From NCBI GenBank assembly GCA_030704615.1, contig CM060732.1, positions 46,748,001 through 46,812,000 of the forward strand: DNA of 64,000 bases, given 5' to 3'. Both the position numbers and the translations under genes were made by a program. The notes below the pieces were generated by a model, which was not told where the DNA came from, did not search any database, and was given only the letters and a program-made list of their open reading frames with translations. Every line of letters starts with the position of its first letter. Within the stretch, counting starts at the first letter, position 1. This DNA comes from Takakia lepidozioides (lineage: Eukaryota; Plantae; Bryophyta). This document shows positions 13,424 through 24,752 of this stretch, in pieces.

Positions 13424-16400
13424 GTGACCAAGCATGTTCCTGAATGGAGTGATGACCTCAAGGCATTGGGGTACCAATCCCCTCTTCCCCCTCCGATTCC
13501 TGCTGTACAAGCTACCCTCACACAAATCACTCCAAGTGATTTTCATTCTACAGTGCAAATGCTGGACTCTGCAGCTATTAATGATTCAGGTGATGAAAAT
13601 CCTGTCCTATTGCTTGAGACACTAGCCTTGGAGGATTGGGTAGCCCTTGGAATATGTGCAAACAGAAAAGGCAGTTACCTTGTAAGACTCAAGGAATACA
13701 GCGATAAATTGGTTAAGATATTGGAGCAAGATGCTAGTGAAATGACGTTTTGGAAGAAGAAAGGAGCTGCAATTGAGGAAGCACTCAGAATTGCTAACCC
13801 TGATGATGAGCAGTCAGCTCCCACACAGAAGTCCTCCAACACAATGGAAAAAGACTTCATTCCGTCCGTCACTAACCATCCCATACTCGGGAACATGGTG
13901 GTACCTGAAGGGGAATTGGATGCAGTGAGGGACTTCTGTGAACAAGTGGAACTTTCCCAAGTGGAGCAAGAAAGGGTTGCGGGAGCAACTCCAGGTAACC
14001 TGCAGTTTGTCCCTTAGATGCCCCCTAGAGCTGTGGAGCTTGAGGTTGCTAACAACGACCACATGATGTGGCACCCCCAGGCCAATATCAATCTGATTGC
14101 ACCCATATCAATTGACATGTGGGTCAAATGGGCCAACCTTACACCTGTTGAACGCAGTAGGTGTGCAGCAGATGCAAAAGAAGGGATCCAAAGGTTCAAA
14201 AAAGAACCTATTGCTGTTTCTTGGCCATTGAAAACCTTCTACTACAAGCTCTGTGAGAAAGGGGACAACATAACTCTAAGGACAAAGAATGACATGCCTA
14301 TTGGTTCAACAAGGTCTCGGAACCACAAGAGTCAGTTGTTTAACTGGCATAGGCCATACATCAGATGTAATTGTGGATCTGGAGGTGCGCCGTCATCTTG
14401 CATGGGAAGTGTTGCTTGGTTTGACCACCTTGTGTGTTCATGCTCAACAATCTGGCGGTGTTCTTCCCCAATGATGCTTACCCATCTATACAGGCAAAGT
14501 ATTACAACTTCTTGGTATGGATGATGAAAGCTGTCAGGTCAGCGGTCTTGGCACAGATAACCTTTCAAATGACACGGGAGATTATCATGGAGGCCGCATG
14601 CGAATTTGCTGCAGAACCTAATGCTAAATTACTTAGCAAAATGGGTGAAGCAAAATGTGCCAGATATGTTGAGAAGATGATTAAGCCTGGAGCTTTTTCT
14701 GACAGCCTTCCAAAACCACAATTCAGTGGCTACAAAAGGCAGCGCCCGGATGGACAAACTCCTCCGCAGCAAGGCAAGACTAGTAACAACAGAGGCAGAA
14801 GCACACCTGTAAGAGGCAGAGGCTCGTACCAAAGAGGTGGGCGCTCTGGCCGTGGGCAGCATCCTAACAACAACTCTGACAGCTCGAAGACGATGACCAG
14901 AACTCCTTTTGGAGGTTCAGGTTCCAGTTCCAGCACTGCTATCAATATCGCCAGCCAAGAGCCTTTTCAAATAGGCAAGGCAACGGGGAGTTCTCCCAAT
15001 CCACAAGAGAGACTTCAACTCGTGGATGGACCTGTAACCGCCTCTCTCATGGTATGCAACTCTACTTTGGTAATGTTTTTTCAAGAAGATGGAATCAGAA
15101 GAATCGAGATACATGCCCATGGCCGGAACTTCATCACCCATGCATCAAAACCAGCCCCAATTGGTTTTGTACACATGGTGTACCCTAACCGGGCTATGGA
15201 ATGGATAAGTCCTAAGGGTATGATAAAAGAAGCATTCTTGAATTTTGGACAGAATGACCTGGCTATGTTAACTGAGGAAGTGATGTTTGGATGGACATAC
15301 CATAAACAGAGTAGTACAGAGTACTATCTGCCTGCATCTATTTTTCGTGACTTTAACTTCCTACCTGATCTGATTGAATCTCCCCCTTGCCTCTGCAATA
15401 CAGCCAAGAGGTTCAAGGTTTTTTGTGATGTGGATACTTTGGCTGAGATTCAAATAACTGATTCTGCCCCCATACAACATGTCAGAACTATGGATCTGAA
15501 CATTATAAGACATCCCAAGCTGAGAGAACTCTTCAGCCTAGGTATGAACCACATTCCACTGAAAAAAACCTTAATAAAGGATGTTGTTATAGAGATATCT
15601 TCTGCCTTCTCTAAAACATGTGACATTCTTCATGTGAACATTTCAGAACCCTGGATAGTAGAATGCTGTCAATGGTTGAAGGTTACATGTTGGGACAGGC
15701 TGAAGAAAAAAGCCAGTTTGACACGGTGCAATTACTCTCATCATGAGGGTAACCCACTTGTCAAAAAAGAAGCTCGGGAGGAACTGGATTGGCTTCTTAA
15801 ACACTTGTACATGTCTGGTCTTGATAAGGCTAACAACAACGTATGTTTTCTTTGTGTGAAGCACATCCGAACCCAAGCTTATCACCGGCTTATGGGTAAG
15901 GATTTCAAACCATGCACCCAAAATGAGGTATGGTCATCACCTGATTCAGTCTTGGAAAGCCTGTTTACTGAGGTACAGAATCTGATCCCTGAAGTTGAGG
16001 TGGCTTTTTGTAGTATTCCCTACATGATGGGAATATACAAGCTACACAAAAAAAAATACCGTTGGATTACCAATGCACATAATTGTGTGTTCAGTGAAAT
16101 TGCTTGTCTTCTTACACGTGCCACTACGTTCCTATTACCCTTGGTCAAGGAATGGGCCAAAGCACGTTTAGACACCTACAAACAATTTTTCAAAGTGTCT
16201 ACTGCCATGTATTGGATTATAGACAGCATCACTGATTTCATTTTAAACCTCCCTGCAAAAATCTATGATGTGTTTGTGGCTGACATTACCCAGTGCTATG
16301 AAAACATCCCTTTGGCAGGTGACGATAATCTGGGTGATGCTATTGAATACGTGATCAAAATTGTTTTCCAGCAATATCATGTAAACCACCCAAGGTCACA

Positions 16401-17319
16401 TCACACCATTTGGATCCAAACCAAAAACGGGATCTTCGGGAAGTGCAAGTGGAGTCTTTCTTCCCCAAAGAATGGTACTTGGATAGAGCTTCCTGAAGCC
16501 AAGTAGCTTCCTGAAGCCAAGTTGCTTCAGCTCCACAAGTGGTTGATGTCCCACTGCTTCGTAGCATTGGGTGACCGTGTTTGGCATCAAGTGTCAGGTA
16601 TTCCTATGGGATTTTCGTGTTCACCATTATGGTGCAACATATATTTCCTTTCCTATGAGCTTAAATTTATCTTGAGACTGGCAGCTCTTGGACAATATCA
16701 ATTGATGCCTAAGTTTCAATATGCTTTCAGATATATAGATGACATCTGCTGGCTTAATATTGGCAATGTTATGTTATTCCTTAATCTTGACGCAGACAGG
16801 AGCAGAAGTAATCCATGGTGGATTTACCCATTGAATGTTGTGGAAATCAAACCTGAATTGTTGAGAACCAAGCCAGGATCCCAATATGAAGGTTTGGAAG
16901 CCTGTTTTATGAACGTTCAGATCTCTATGTTAAACCCAGACTCAGGTGAGTTTCAATTTCAGAAATATGATAAGAGAAGACTCTTGCCTTTCTCCTATAC
17001 TGAGTATATCCAGTTCTTATCCAATAGACCTGTGAATCAATCCTACAATGTAGTGATTTCACAAGCCTTTCCGATTTTGTATATTTCCAGCAGTGTTAAT
17101 CTTGCTTGGAATGAATGTTATATTCTCATACATACCCTTGGGAGGAATGGTTTCAAAATCAAAAAACTAACCCGGATTTTGATAAGTTTCCTTGAGCAGG
17201 GCTCCTTCCCTGGTCTTTTCTTCCCTTTACAAGAGCTCATTGAAAGATTAAAAGGTACACTCTGCACTCATTCTTACATGATTGTATACCTTTTTCCTTT
17301 GCAGTTTTTCTTTTTTTGA
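13424..17319 (+). pseudogene. Penelope-like reverse transcriptase polyprotein (~1250-1300 aa reconstructed), disrupted by a TAG at 14015-14017, frameshifts near 14360-14435 and an 18-bp duplication at 16487-16522
   Basis: PPCLC...HVRTMDLNIIRHPKLRELF, LDKANNNV, GIYKLHKKKYRWI, VADITQCYENIP, QVSGIPMGFSCSPLWCNIY, FRYIDD and KYDKRR appear in the motif order of PLE RTs. Confidence 0.88.
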
Positions 17320-17412
17320 CCATGGGAGATGTGAGTGTAGACCTTCATATCCATCTGGTTTTTCTAAAATAGAAAAACCAGCGATGAAGACTACAAAGAG
17401 AAGGGAGAGTTT

Positions 17413-17476
17413 TTATGAGAATGGGTCTGGTATGCACTCCCTTACGGGGTGAGTGCATACCACACTCATCCCATAA
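17413..17476 (+). other. Strong stem-loop just downstream of the PLE RT ORF
   Basis: Perfect 12-bp stem TGGTATGCACTC (17428-17439) / GAGTGCATACCA (17451-17462), extended by TTATG..ATGGGT / ACTCAT..CATAA. Confidence 0.8.
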
Positions 17477-18037
17477 GGGAATGCCATACTAGGGGCTGGC
17501 TGGTGGGATCCCTCTCTCTCCCTCTCTCTCTCCCTCTGTACATGGATCCTGTTGGTAACCTATTCCATAACCCAGAGGGTTTGGTACTAAGGTAATTTTT
17601 GACTAAACTATAATTAACTTTATGCTATCTTCATCCATACCGGATATAGTTAATAATGGATGAATTCCATTAAATGTTAATTATGGTTATCATTTTTTAC
17701 CTGCTTCCTTTGGATTATTAAGGTCATTTATATCTAACCCTAATGAATGCCAGGTTCTGGTCATCGATTTTAGGATGTCTTCCCTGCTGGATGACATGGC
17801 GATGACAACAGGGGAATATTCACCTTTCATTCCTTATTTTTCATCCCACATGGATGAAATCGCAATGGTTTGCCATATTTCCTCTCCTGCCATAAAACTT
17901 GCACGATACTGTGCGTTTTTTCTACAGGAGATGAAGTGATGGTGTCAGAGGGATCTCTTAGCACGAATTTTATGATTTTGATGGCTATGGAGACGCTTCA
18001 ACGTTGTTTTCAAGTACTCTGGCAAGATTCCAGTCCT

Positions 18038-19269
18038 TTCTCATCTCCCTTGGGAGGCGTAACGGCGGCGGTGCTTCAATTCCCTCAGTATGGTGACCTA
18101 TTCCCTTGGCGGGCAATCTACCTTAGGCTGCCCGACTGCTTGTAGATCCTCTCTGGATCATTATTTTCAGCACTGCTCATAAAAACTCAGGGGGTTTCTT
18201 CACCTGTTAAAATGCGCATAGATTTCAAGCAAACCATTGCTTGTTTGTGCTGTTGATTGTCAAGTGCTTGGAGCGATGTCGAGTCCTCTTCCGCAATCGA
18301 TTAAGGTTGTGGATAACCTTGCTTGTGTTTAGAACTGATTCTTGCTTTAGAACTCATGTTGTACAGCGATAATAAGCGTGAGACCCGATTCACCTGGGGT
18401 TCCACAATTCTCACTAACCTGTTGGTTCTTGTGGGGGCTTGTGATGGGACCAGGTGAGGGTCCTCACTTAATGTGATTTTTGAAGCTTGAATTTGATGAC
18501 AAACCTGCAAGTGAAGTGACATCGACATCAACTGATTATTCAGGGAGATGTCTCATTTTTGCCTCACTACATGACCAATCTGGATATGCTTACAACCTTT
18601 ATCTATGTGTTGGAGCAGCAAGTGCATTAGCGAGCCTTTTTAGAACACATGAATTCTATTAAGGACTCTGGGTTATGATTCCGCTGCATTGAAATATGGT
18701 ACTGGAAGTAGGGTTTCCAGACCAAATATATGCTCTTTTTTCATGCTTAGAGCACGATTTGCTACTCTGATATGTACACTTTCAAGCAACACGGTAGGGG
18801 AGAGGCCAGAGCTTGCATATGGTTTATACTGAGCCCTGTATGCCTTTATGTGCTCAATATATGGAACCTCTGTGGATGTCTGAACCCCCTTTCCTTTCTA
18901 CCTTGCATACAATCTACTAAGGTAAGTAACCTGCTACCTCTTCATGTCACTCTGTAATTACAGATTGTATACAGTTGTGTTTGTGCAAACACCTTGTCAA
19001 GGTTGTAACATAATGACCCCAAACCTAAACCAGGTCTGGTTGTTTTAAAGAGAAGCCCCTGCTGTTGCTTGGTAATCAAAGACTGATTAACCTACAACAT
19101 GGCTCTGGATTTTATGTTACAAAAAAGATAGCTGTGTGTTTTTTGCTAGCTATGGCATATTCTGATACAGAACACTGCAGTAGAAAGCAGTTCTGGGAAA
19201 TCAAGCTTACTAAACAATGCAATGAGTTTTGACTCTGTGTCATGATTACAAGAAGTTCTTAAAATGTAG
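18038..19269 (+). repeat. 1.2 kb repeat, inverted partner at 40206-41358
   Basis: Near-identical reverse complement. ORF-track peptides 18772-18957(+) and 40517-40702(-) differ at only 3 residues. The partner lacks about 80 bp around 18480-18560. Confidence 0.95.
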
Positions 19270-19494
19270 TGGCGGTAATTCCTCATTCTCTGATGACTCA
19301 TCTGATATAGGTGAAAGTCAATAAAAGAGGAATGAAAAATTATAGGTCCTTTTTAAAGGTACTTTAGTGTCCACCCGGGTGATTCTTCCGGTATGGATAG
19401 AAAACCTTTACAAGTCGGGTGAAAACACCTTTTAGAGTCCATCTGGTATAGATGGAAGATCATGAAAAGAACACTAATGCAACCGGCCAGTTCC

Positions 19495-19700
19495 GAGGAG
19501 GGAGACAGAGGGAGAGAGGGGGCAACAAAGAAAAAACAAAAAGGTGGGGGGGGGGGGGGAGTGACTGAGCAGTTGCTACTCAGTCACTCCCCCCCCCCAC
19601 CTTCCTCTTTTTCTTTTTGTTTCCTGATCTCTCCCTCTCACTCCCTCTCTCTCTCCCTCTCTCTCCCTCTCTCCCTCTCCCTCTCTCTCTTTCTCTCCTC
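19495..19700. repeat. Purine/pyrimidine fold-back palindrome plus (CT)n microsatellite
   Basis: GGT(G)nAGTGACTGAG-CAGTTGCTA-CTCAGTCACT(C)nACC, flanked by GA-rich and CT-rich arms. Confidence 0.8.
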
Positions 19701-19827
19701 TCTTTCGTGCTGCTCACAAAAAAAAAAAAACCACAGAGGGAAAGAGGGGGTAGAAAAAGTTAATAAGAGAGAGGGAGAGAGTGGGAGAGAGGGGCAACAA
19801 TGAAAAAAAATGGGTTGGGGGGGGGGA

Positions 19828-21393
19828 AGGTCAGATGGTGGGGTCAGTTGCAGCATATGTCCAACACCAGATATCTTAAGTTAATCGACTCTATATCTTG
19901 GAAACAGGACCACCCACCGACCTGTCAAACAGGCTAAGTCCTGGCAGAAGACAGTAGAAGAGATCCTCAAGGACCTAGACCTGGAACCGCAAGTCTTCAC
20001 CCTACTGGATAAATCTGACTTAGAGGCTGTAGTGTCCAACCATGTCTGTTGTCATGACATTGTCTGATGAAAATGAAGTTAGGCAGAAAACTTCCCTGAA
20101 CTTGTTTCCAGTCAGTGACATGGGGGAGGACATCTTGGATGACCTCAAGGGTCTACCCACTCTCGGCACTAGACTGAAATTTAAACTCAGGGCAGGAAGC
20201 CTACCTTTGAACAGCAAACAGAAGCAGAGAGGAAAGGGAGAGTGTAATTGCCCGTTGTGTGGGCAATCTGAAGACAGTACTCATTTTCTGATACACTGTC
20301 CGGGGTTCTCTCACCAAAGAGACGCTCTCTTCAAATCTATCAAGGGAATTGTGTATGTACCTCTGTTTACTAACTTTGAAAAAGTCGAGGCTGAGCCAAA
20401 AGCCCAGCCCCTTCTGAGGCCTAGTTTTTGGGCATCTCACACACAACAGATTGATGCTTGTGTGAAGGGATTTATAGAGGATATCTGGAAAACCCGGATT
20501 AATTCTATATGTGAAGGTAAGTCTTACTACCAACGTCAGCCCCTGACAGAGGTAGGATCTGTCCCTTTTGTTTCCCCAAGAGAGGGGGCAACAAAGAAAA
20601 ACAGAGAATGTGGGGGGGGTGACTGAGCAGCAGTGACTGTGCTGCTCTCTTTTAAGCTCCCGACGAGATAAATTCAAGGTCAGATGGTGGGTTCAGCTGC
20701 AACATATGTCCAACACCAGATATCTTAAGTTAATCGACTCTATATCTTGGAAACAGGACCGCTCACTGACCTATCAAACATGCTAAGTCCTGGTAGAAGA
20801 CAGTAGAAGAGATTCTCAAGGACCTGGACCTGGAACCGCAAGTCTTTACCCTGCTGGATAAATCTGACTTAGAGGTTGTAGTGTCCAACCATGTCTGTGG
20901 GCAACCTGAAGACATTATTCATTTTCTGATACACTATCCGGGGTTCTCTCACCAAAGAGACGCTCTCTTCAAATCTATCAAGGGAATTGTGCATGTACCT
21001 CTGTTTACTAACTTTGAAAAAGTCGAGGCTAAGCCAAAAGCCCAGCCCCTTCACCCTGTCAAACCAAATAGGGTGAGCCCTGGGAGAAGAGAGTAAAAGA
21101 GATTCTCAAGGATCTGAATCTGGACCCGCAAGTCTTGACCTTGCTGGATAAACCTGACTTAGAGAGTGTAGTGTCCAAAGCCATGTCTCTTACCAGAAAA
21201 TTGTCCGATGAAAATGCAGTTACGAAGAAAACATCCCTGAACCTGTTTCCAGTCTGTGACATGGGGGAGGACGTCATGGATGCGCTCAAGGGTCTATCCC
21301 ACTCTTGGCACCAGACCTAAATTTAAAGTCAGGGCAGGAAGACTACCTTTGAACAGTAAACAGAAACAGAGAGGAAAGAGAGAGTGCAATTTC
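19828..21393 (+). mobile_element. Three tandem 3' fragments of a non-LTR retrotransposon (LINE) with a C-terminal zinc-knuckle region
   Basis: [11 protein letters not shown]...CPLCGQSEDSTHFLIHCP in ORF 20042-20626. 19828-20049 is duplicated at 20676-20899; copy 2 has an internal deletion; copy 3 starts near 21055. Confidence 0.8.
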
Positions 21394-22421
21394 CCTGACG
21401 TACCTCTGCTGCTGCTGGTGCTTGAAGCGAGCTGGCGCGGCGAGCTACTGCGGTGTTGTCGCGGCTGCCAGCGGCGCGGGTCCCTGCCACTGCATGACAT
21501 CTCTCCCCCGCTCACCACGGCTCTCTCTCTCTTCAGCTCGTTAGGTCGCGCCTCTGCGCTGCGTTCCTACCACACAGGGGAAAGAGACATCAGCCCGTGC
21601 TTAGGGCAAGAAAGAAAGACCGAAAGTGAGGGAGGAGGCGGTGCTTACCTTGGGTGTTGGAGCGGCGTTGAGGCAAACAAAGTGTTGTTGGTGTGTGTTA
21701 ATTAGGATGGGATGGTGAGGAAACATCGACCCGTCTCCCTCGAGGATGGGGAGGTAGTACCACATATCGATTGTGGCCCTAGAGCGACCATTTTTTGTGG
21801 CGAGGAGACACCCATTGCACCTGATCCAATACAGGCTGTCGGGCACAATCGTAGAAAGGACCGGGGCCAAATTTCAGGTGATGCAGAGGATATTGACACT
21901 CCGGGATCGAGTCAGGCGCGCCGCAGGTTGCCCCCTCGCGGGCCACCCCGTCCAACCACGTCCACCTTTGACCCCCCCCCCCCCCCCGACATGATTGAGT
22001 GTTGATGCACTAAGTGTTGGGAACGGATACGCCGGGCGGCGACCGCATGTTGTCGAAAAACATTACAAGAAGAACAAAATTGCGGATGCGGCAAAGGTGA
22101 GTGTTTTTCCCACCCCTCTCATTAACATTCATTTAATGTACATTTAGGTTTATCTAATATATAGTATGATGGTAAGCATACATGAATCAAAATTACGACA
22201 TAAGTATTGATGCGTCGTTCACTACGCATATTGCAGCCACGACTTGATGCCAAGCTCGCAATCACATTGCACAGAGCATTTCGCGCCAGTCTACTTGCAG
22301 AATTTGTGCCAGAGCATGTGCCCGATGTGATCAGTTGGTTCCCCAGCAGCACGTAGATGAGATGCGTGGTCGAGGGGTATCATAGGTATCGTTAGGCATT
22401 ATGGCCGGCGACGAGCAAGCA

Positions 22422-22453
<32 letters not shown>

Positions 22454-22858
22454 CCCCCCCTCCAGTTTCCTCAGGCGGTCCCCCTGATTGTGGGCCTCCC
22501 CCCCCCCCCCCCCCCCCCCCCCCCCCGTCTATTTCTTGCTTGACCACCTCCAGTTGTACTGATCCGGACGTTGTACCCCCGGCTGCACCTCTGACATTAC
22601 ATCCTCAACCACCTCCACTTTCATCTCCTTCCACCAACAGAGTACCACCTCCACCTCCACCTCCACCTCCACGTGCATGTGCCCCCCGAATCCCTAGGAG
22701 GGATCGGCTTCGCCCAGGTTTCCTCCCCTTTGGCTTGGCGGCCTGAGCCGGATCCTCGCCCCGATGGAGCGAGCATAGGACTATGTTACTGAGGATGCCG
22801 TCCAAGCCTTGTTGTTGGGGGGAATTATCTCGACCCTCCCACCCCCATCCGAGAAAAT

Positions 22859-23400
22859 GTGGAGTTCGAGTATTGGGGGAGACGGTATGTTGTGAGAGCC
22901 GCTACAGACCCTGCTATGGGTCGGGGTTTATTCACGGTCAATGATATTGTGGTTCCTCTTTGGAGAAACAGCATGGTGGACTTGTTTCCCTACTACGGTG
23001 TATACTACACCTCCGCGGAGTTCCGTACATTACGCCTCGAAGCCCCATACATCATACCCTACATTTTGTGTGTCAACGGACAGGATGTACGTAGACGGGG
23101 GTTGTCTCCCATTTGAGATCAGATTTTGTGATGGTGACCCCGACATCTTCGGCAATTTGCTGGGCTGGTCAATAGTTCTTTTGGTCATCCTAGAGAACCA
23201 ATGTAGTATGGGACGAGCGAAGCAATAGGCATGAGAGCTTTTGTGGTCATACGTCAGTATACTATAAGGGGATGCACATGTTTGTGATGACATGTGCTAG
23301 TAGGACTATTAGGGCTGGCAGTGAACTATTTGCATCATACGAGTTCTCCCGGGATGATTGGGACCTCCGATTACAGCGTGAGTGGGATGTGTATGATAGA
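22859..23400 (+). pseudogene. SET-domain (lysine methyltransferase-like) gene remnant, 3 frameshifts
   Basis: Reconstructed across frames: AMGRGLFTVNDI...FPYYGVYY...YILCV / FCDGDPDIFGNL / AGLVNSSFGHP / TNVVW...MFVMTCASRTIRAGSELFASY. These correspond to SET motifs GxGLF, YxG, (R)xxNHS and xI..GEEL..xY. Confidence 0.75.
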
Positions 23401-24752
23401 AATAGGGTTCATTTGAGAAAGGATCGAGTAGAGGGGCATTGTAGATATTCTCATGATGTACTTTGTATACATCCGATTAATCGATTGATGTAAAAAATTT
23501 TCTTGTTGCTCATGTGGGTTGCAACTTTGCATATGTGATCTAAACATACTTATGCACATGTGGACCCAATATGAGCTTGAACCAAGTTGATTCAATGGGT
23601 CATTCTAGTGTTGAACGCAGCTACGTGTCATAAAGACGGAAAATTGTGTTTCACCTTCAGATGATTTTTTTTTATTCCATTTTCAAGCCATATGCTTAAT
23701 GATAGCATATTCAATGTGCGTGCAAAATTTGGGAGTAAACAAAAGTCATTTGGACCCATAACCAGATTCTGTTGTCTCATTTGTATTCCAAAGTTGAGTT
23801 ATCTTCAACTTCATGCACTCTTCATAGAGAGTTTTGCAAAAGTAACCCTAAGAACACACATTTTTTTCCTTTTTTTTTTTTGTCCCATTTTTTGCATGGA
23901 TGTAGTGGTGCAAAGCCCGATGTCACAAAACAAAATAGAGCTAAAATAAAATCATTACGCCCCTCAAAACCGCAATCATATATTTTCTAAATGCAAATAT
24001 TTTATTTTAAATTCATTTAAATTCGATTTAATTCAAAATTGGTGCAAGGGTGAGTGCGTCGTTGGGGAGGTTTTTTTTTTTTTTTTCCTGCTGGATCTTT
24101 GTACAGGTGTTGCACACATATTTAAGCACATGTAGGAAAAATGAAGCTTGAGCCACATCCGTTTGTTGGGTGCAATGGCATGAGAGGATTTTCTTTCACA
24201 TTAATAAACAAAAATTGGTTGATAGGTGAATGCGTCATTGGGGGGGGGCAAATGATTTTGTTTGGGTTTGAAACTTTGCATGCGTGTACGTTGCGCACAT
24301 ACATGTAATTATTGAATGACATATTTGATGCACACACACATTGAAGGTTGTTGTTTGCATTTCGCTTATAATGAAGTGTATGGTTGCAAGGACACATTAT
24401 AATATATGTCCCTATGTTCATTTGTTCGTATCAGGACTTTGTCCATCCCTTCCCGGTCTTTTCTCTTGGCACCCCATCCGAAAACAACCCAAGTACATCA
24501 GGCGGGAGCCGTGGGCGAGACGCCGCCCCACGGTACCGGACGATGATGACGATGACAGTGATAGTGACAGTGACAACAACAATGAGCATGGAATTAACCA
24601 GGAGGATGTGCAAGCCATGGAGGATCTCTTAATGCATCATGTGGGCGCTGATGCATCCCATGAAGAGGGAACCCGGCCAATCGATGATCCTGAAATGGCC
24701 CCTCAAATGACATGGAGAGGGAGGCGAGAACTCCCTTGTACGAAGGGCGAAA

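Larger units (their letters stand above)
13188..19269 (+). mobile_element. Penelope-like retroelement, apparently endonuclease-less, with long 3' extension
   Basis: Interrupts the hAT element and carries a PLE-type RT. Its 3' segment 18038-19269 is repeated at 40206-41358. Boundaries are approximate. Confidence 0.7.

Noticed and set aside
14015-14017. Selenocysteine or programmed readthrough in the PLE ORF
   Set aside because: The stop is TAG, not TGA, and nearby frameshifts indicate simple decay.
22422-22526. Long poly-C tracts as functional G-quadruplex elements
   Set aside because: Homopolymer runs within a decayed Pro-rich transposon region; lengths are unreliable.
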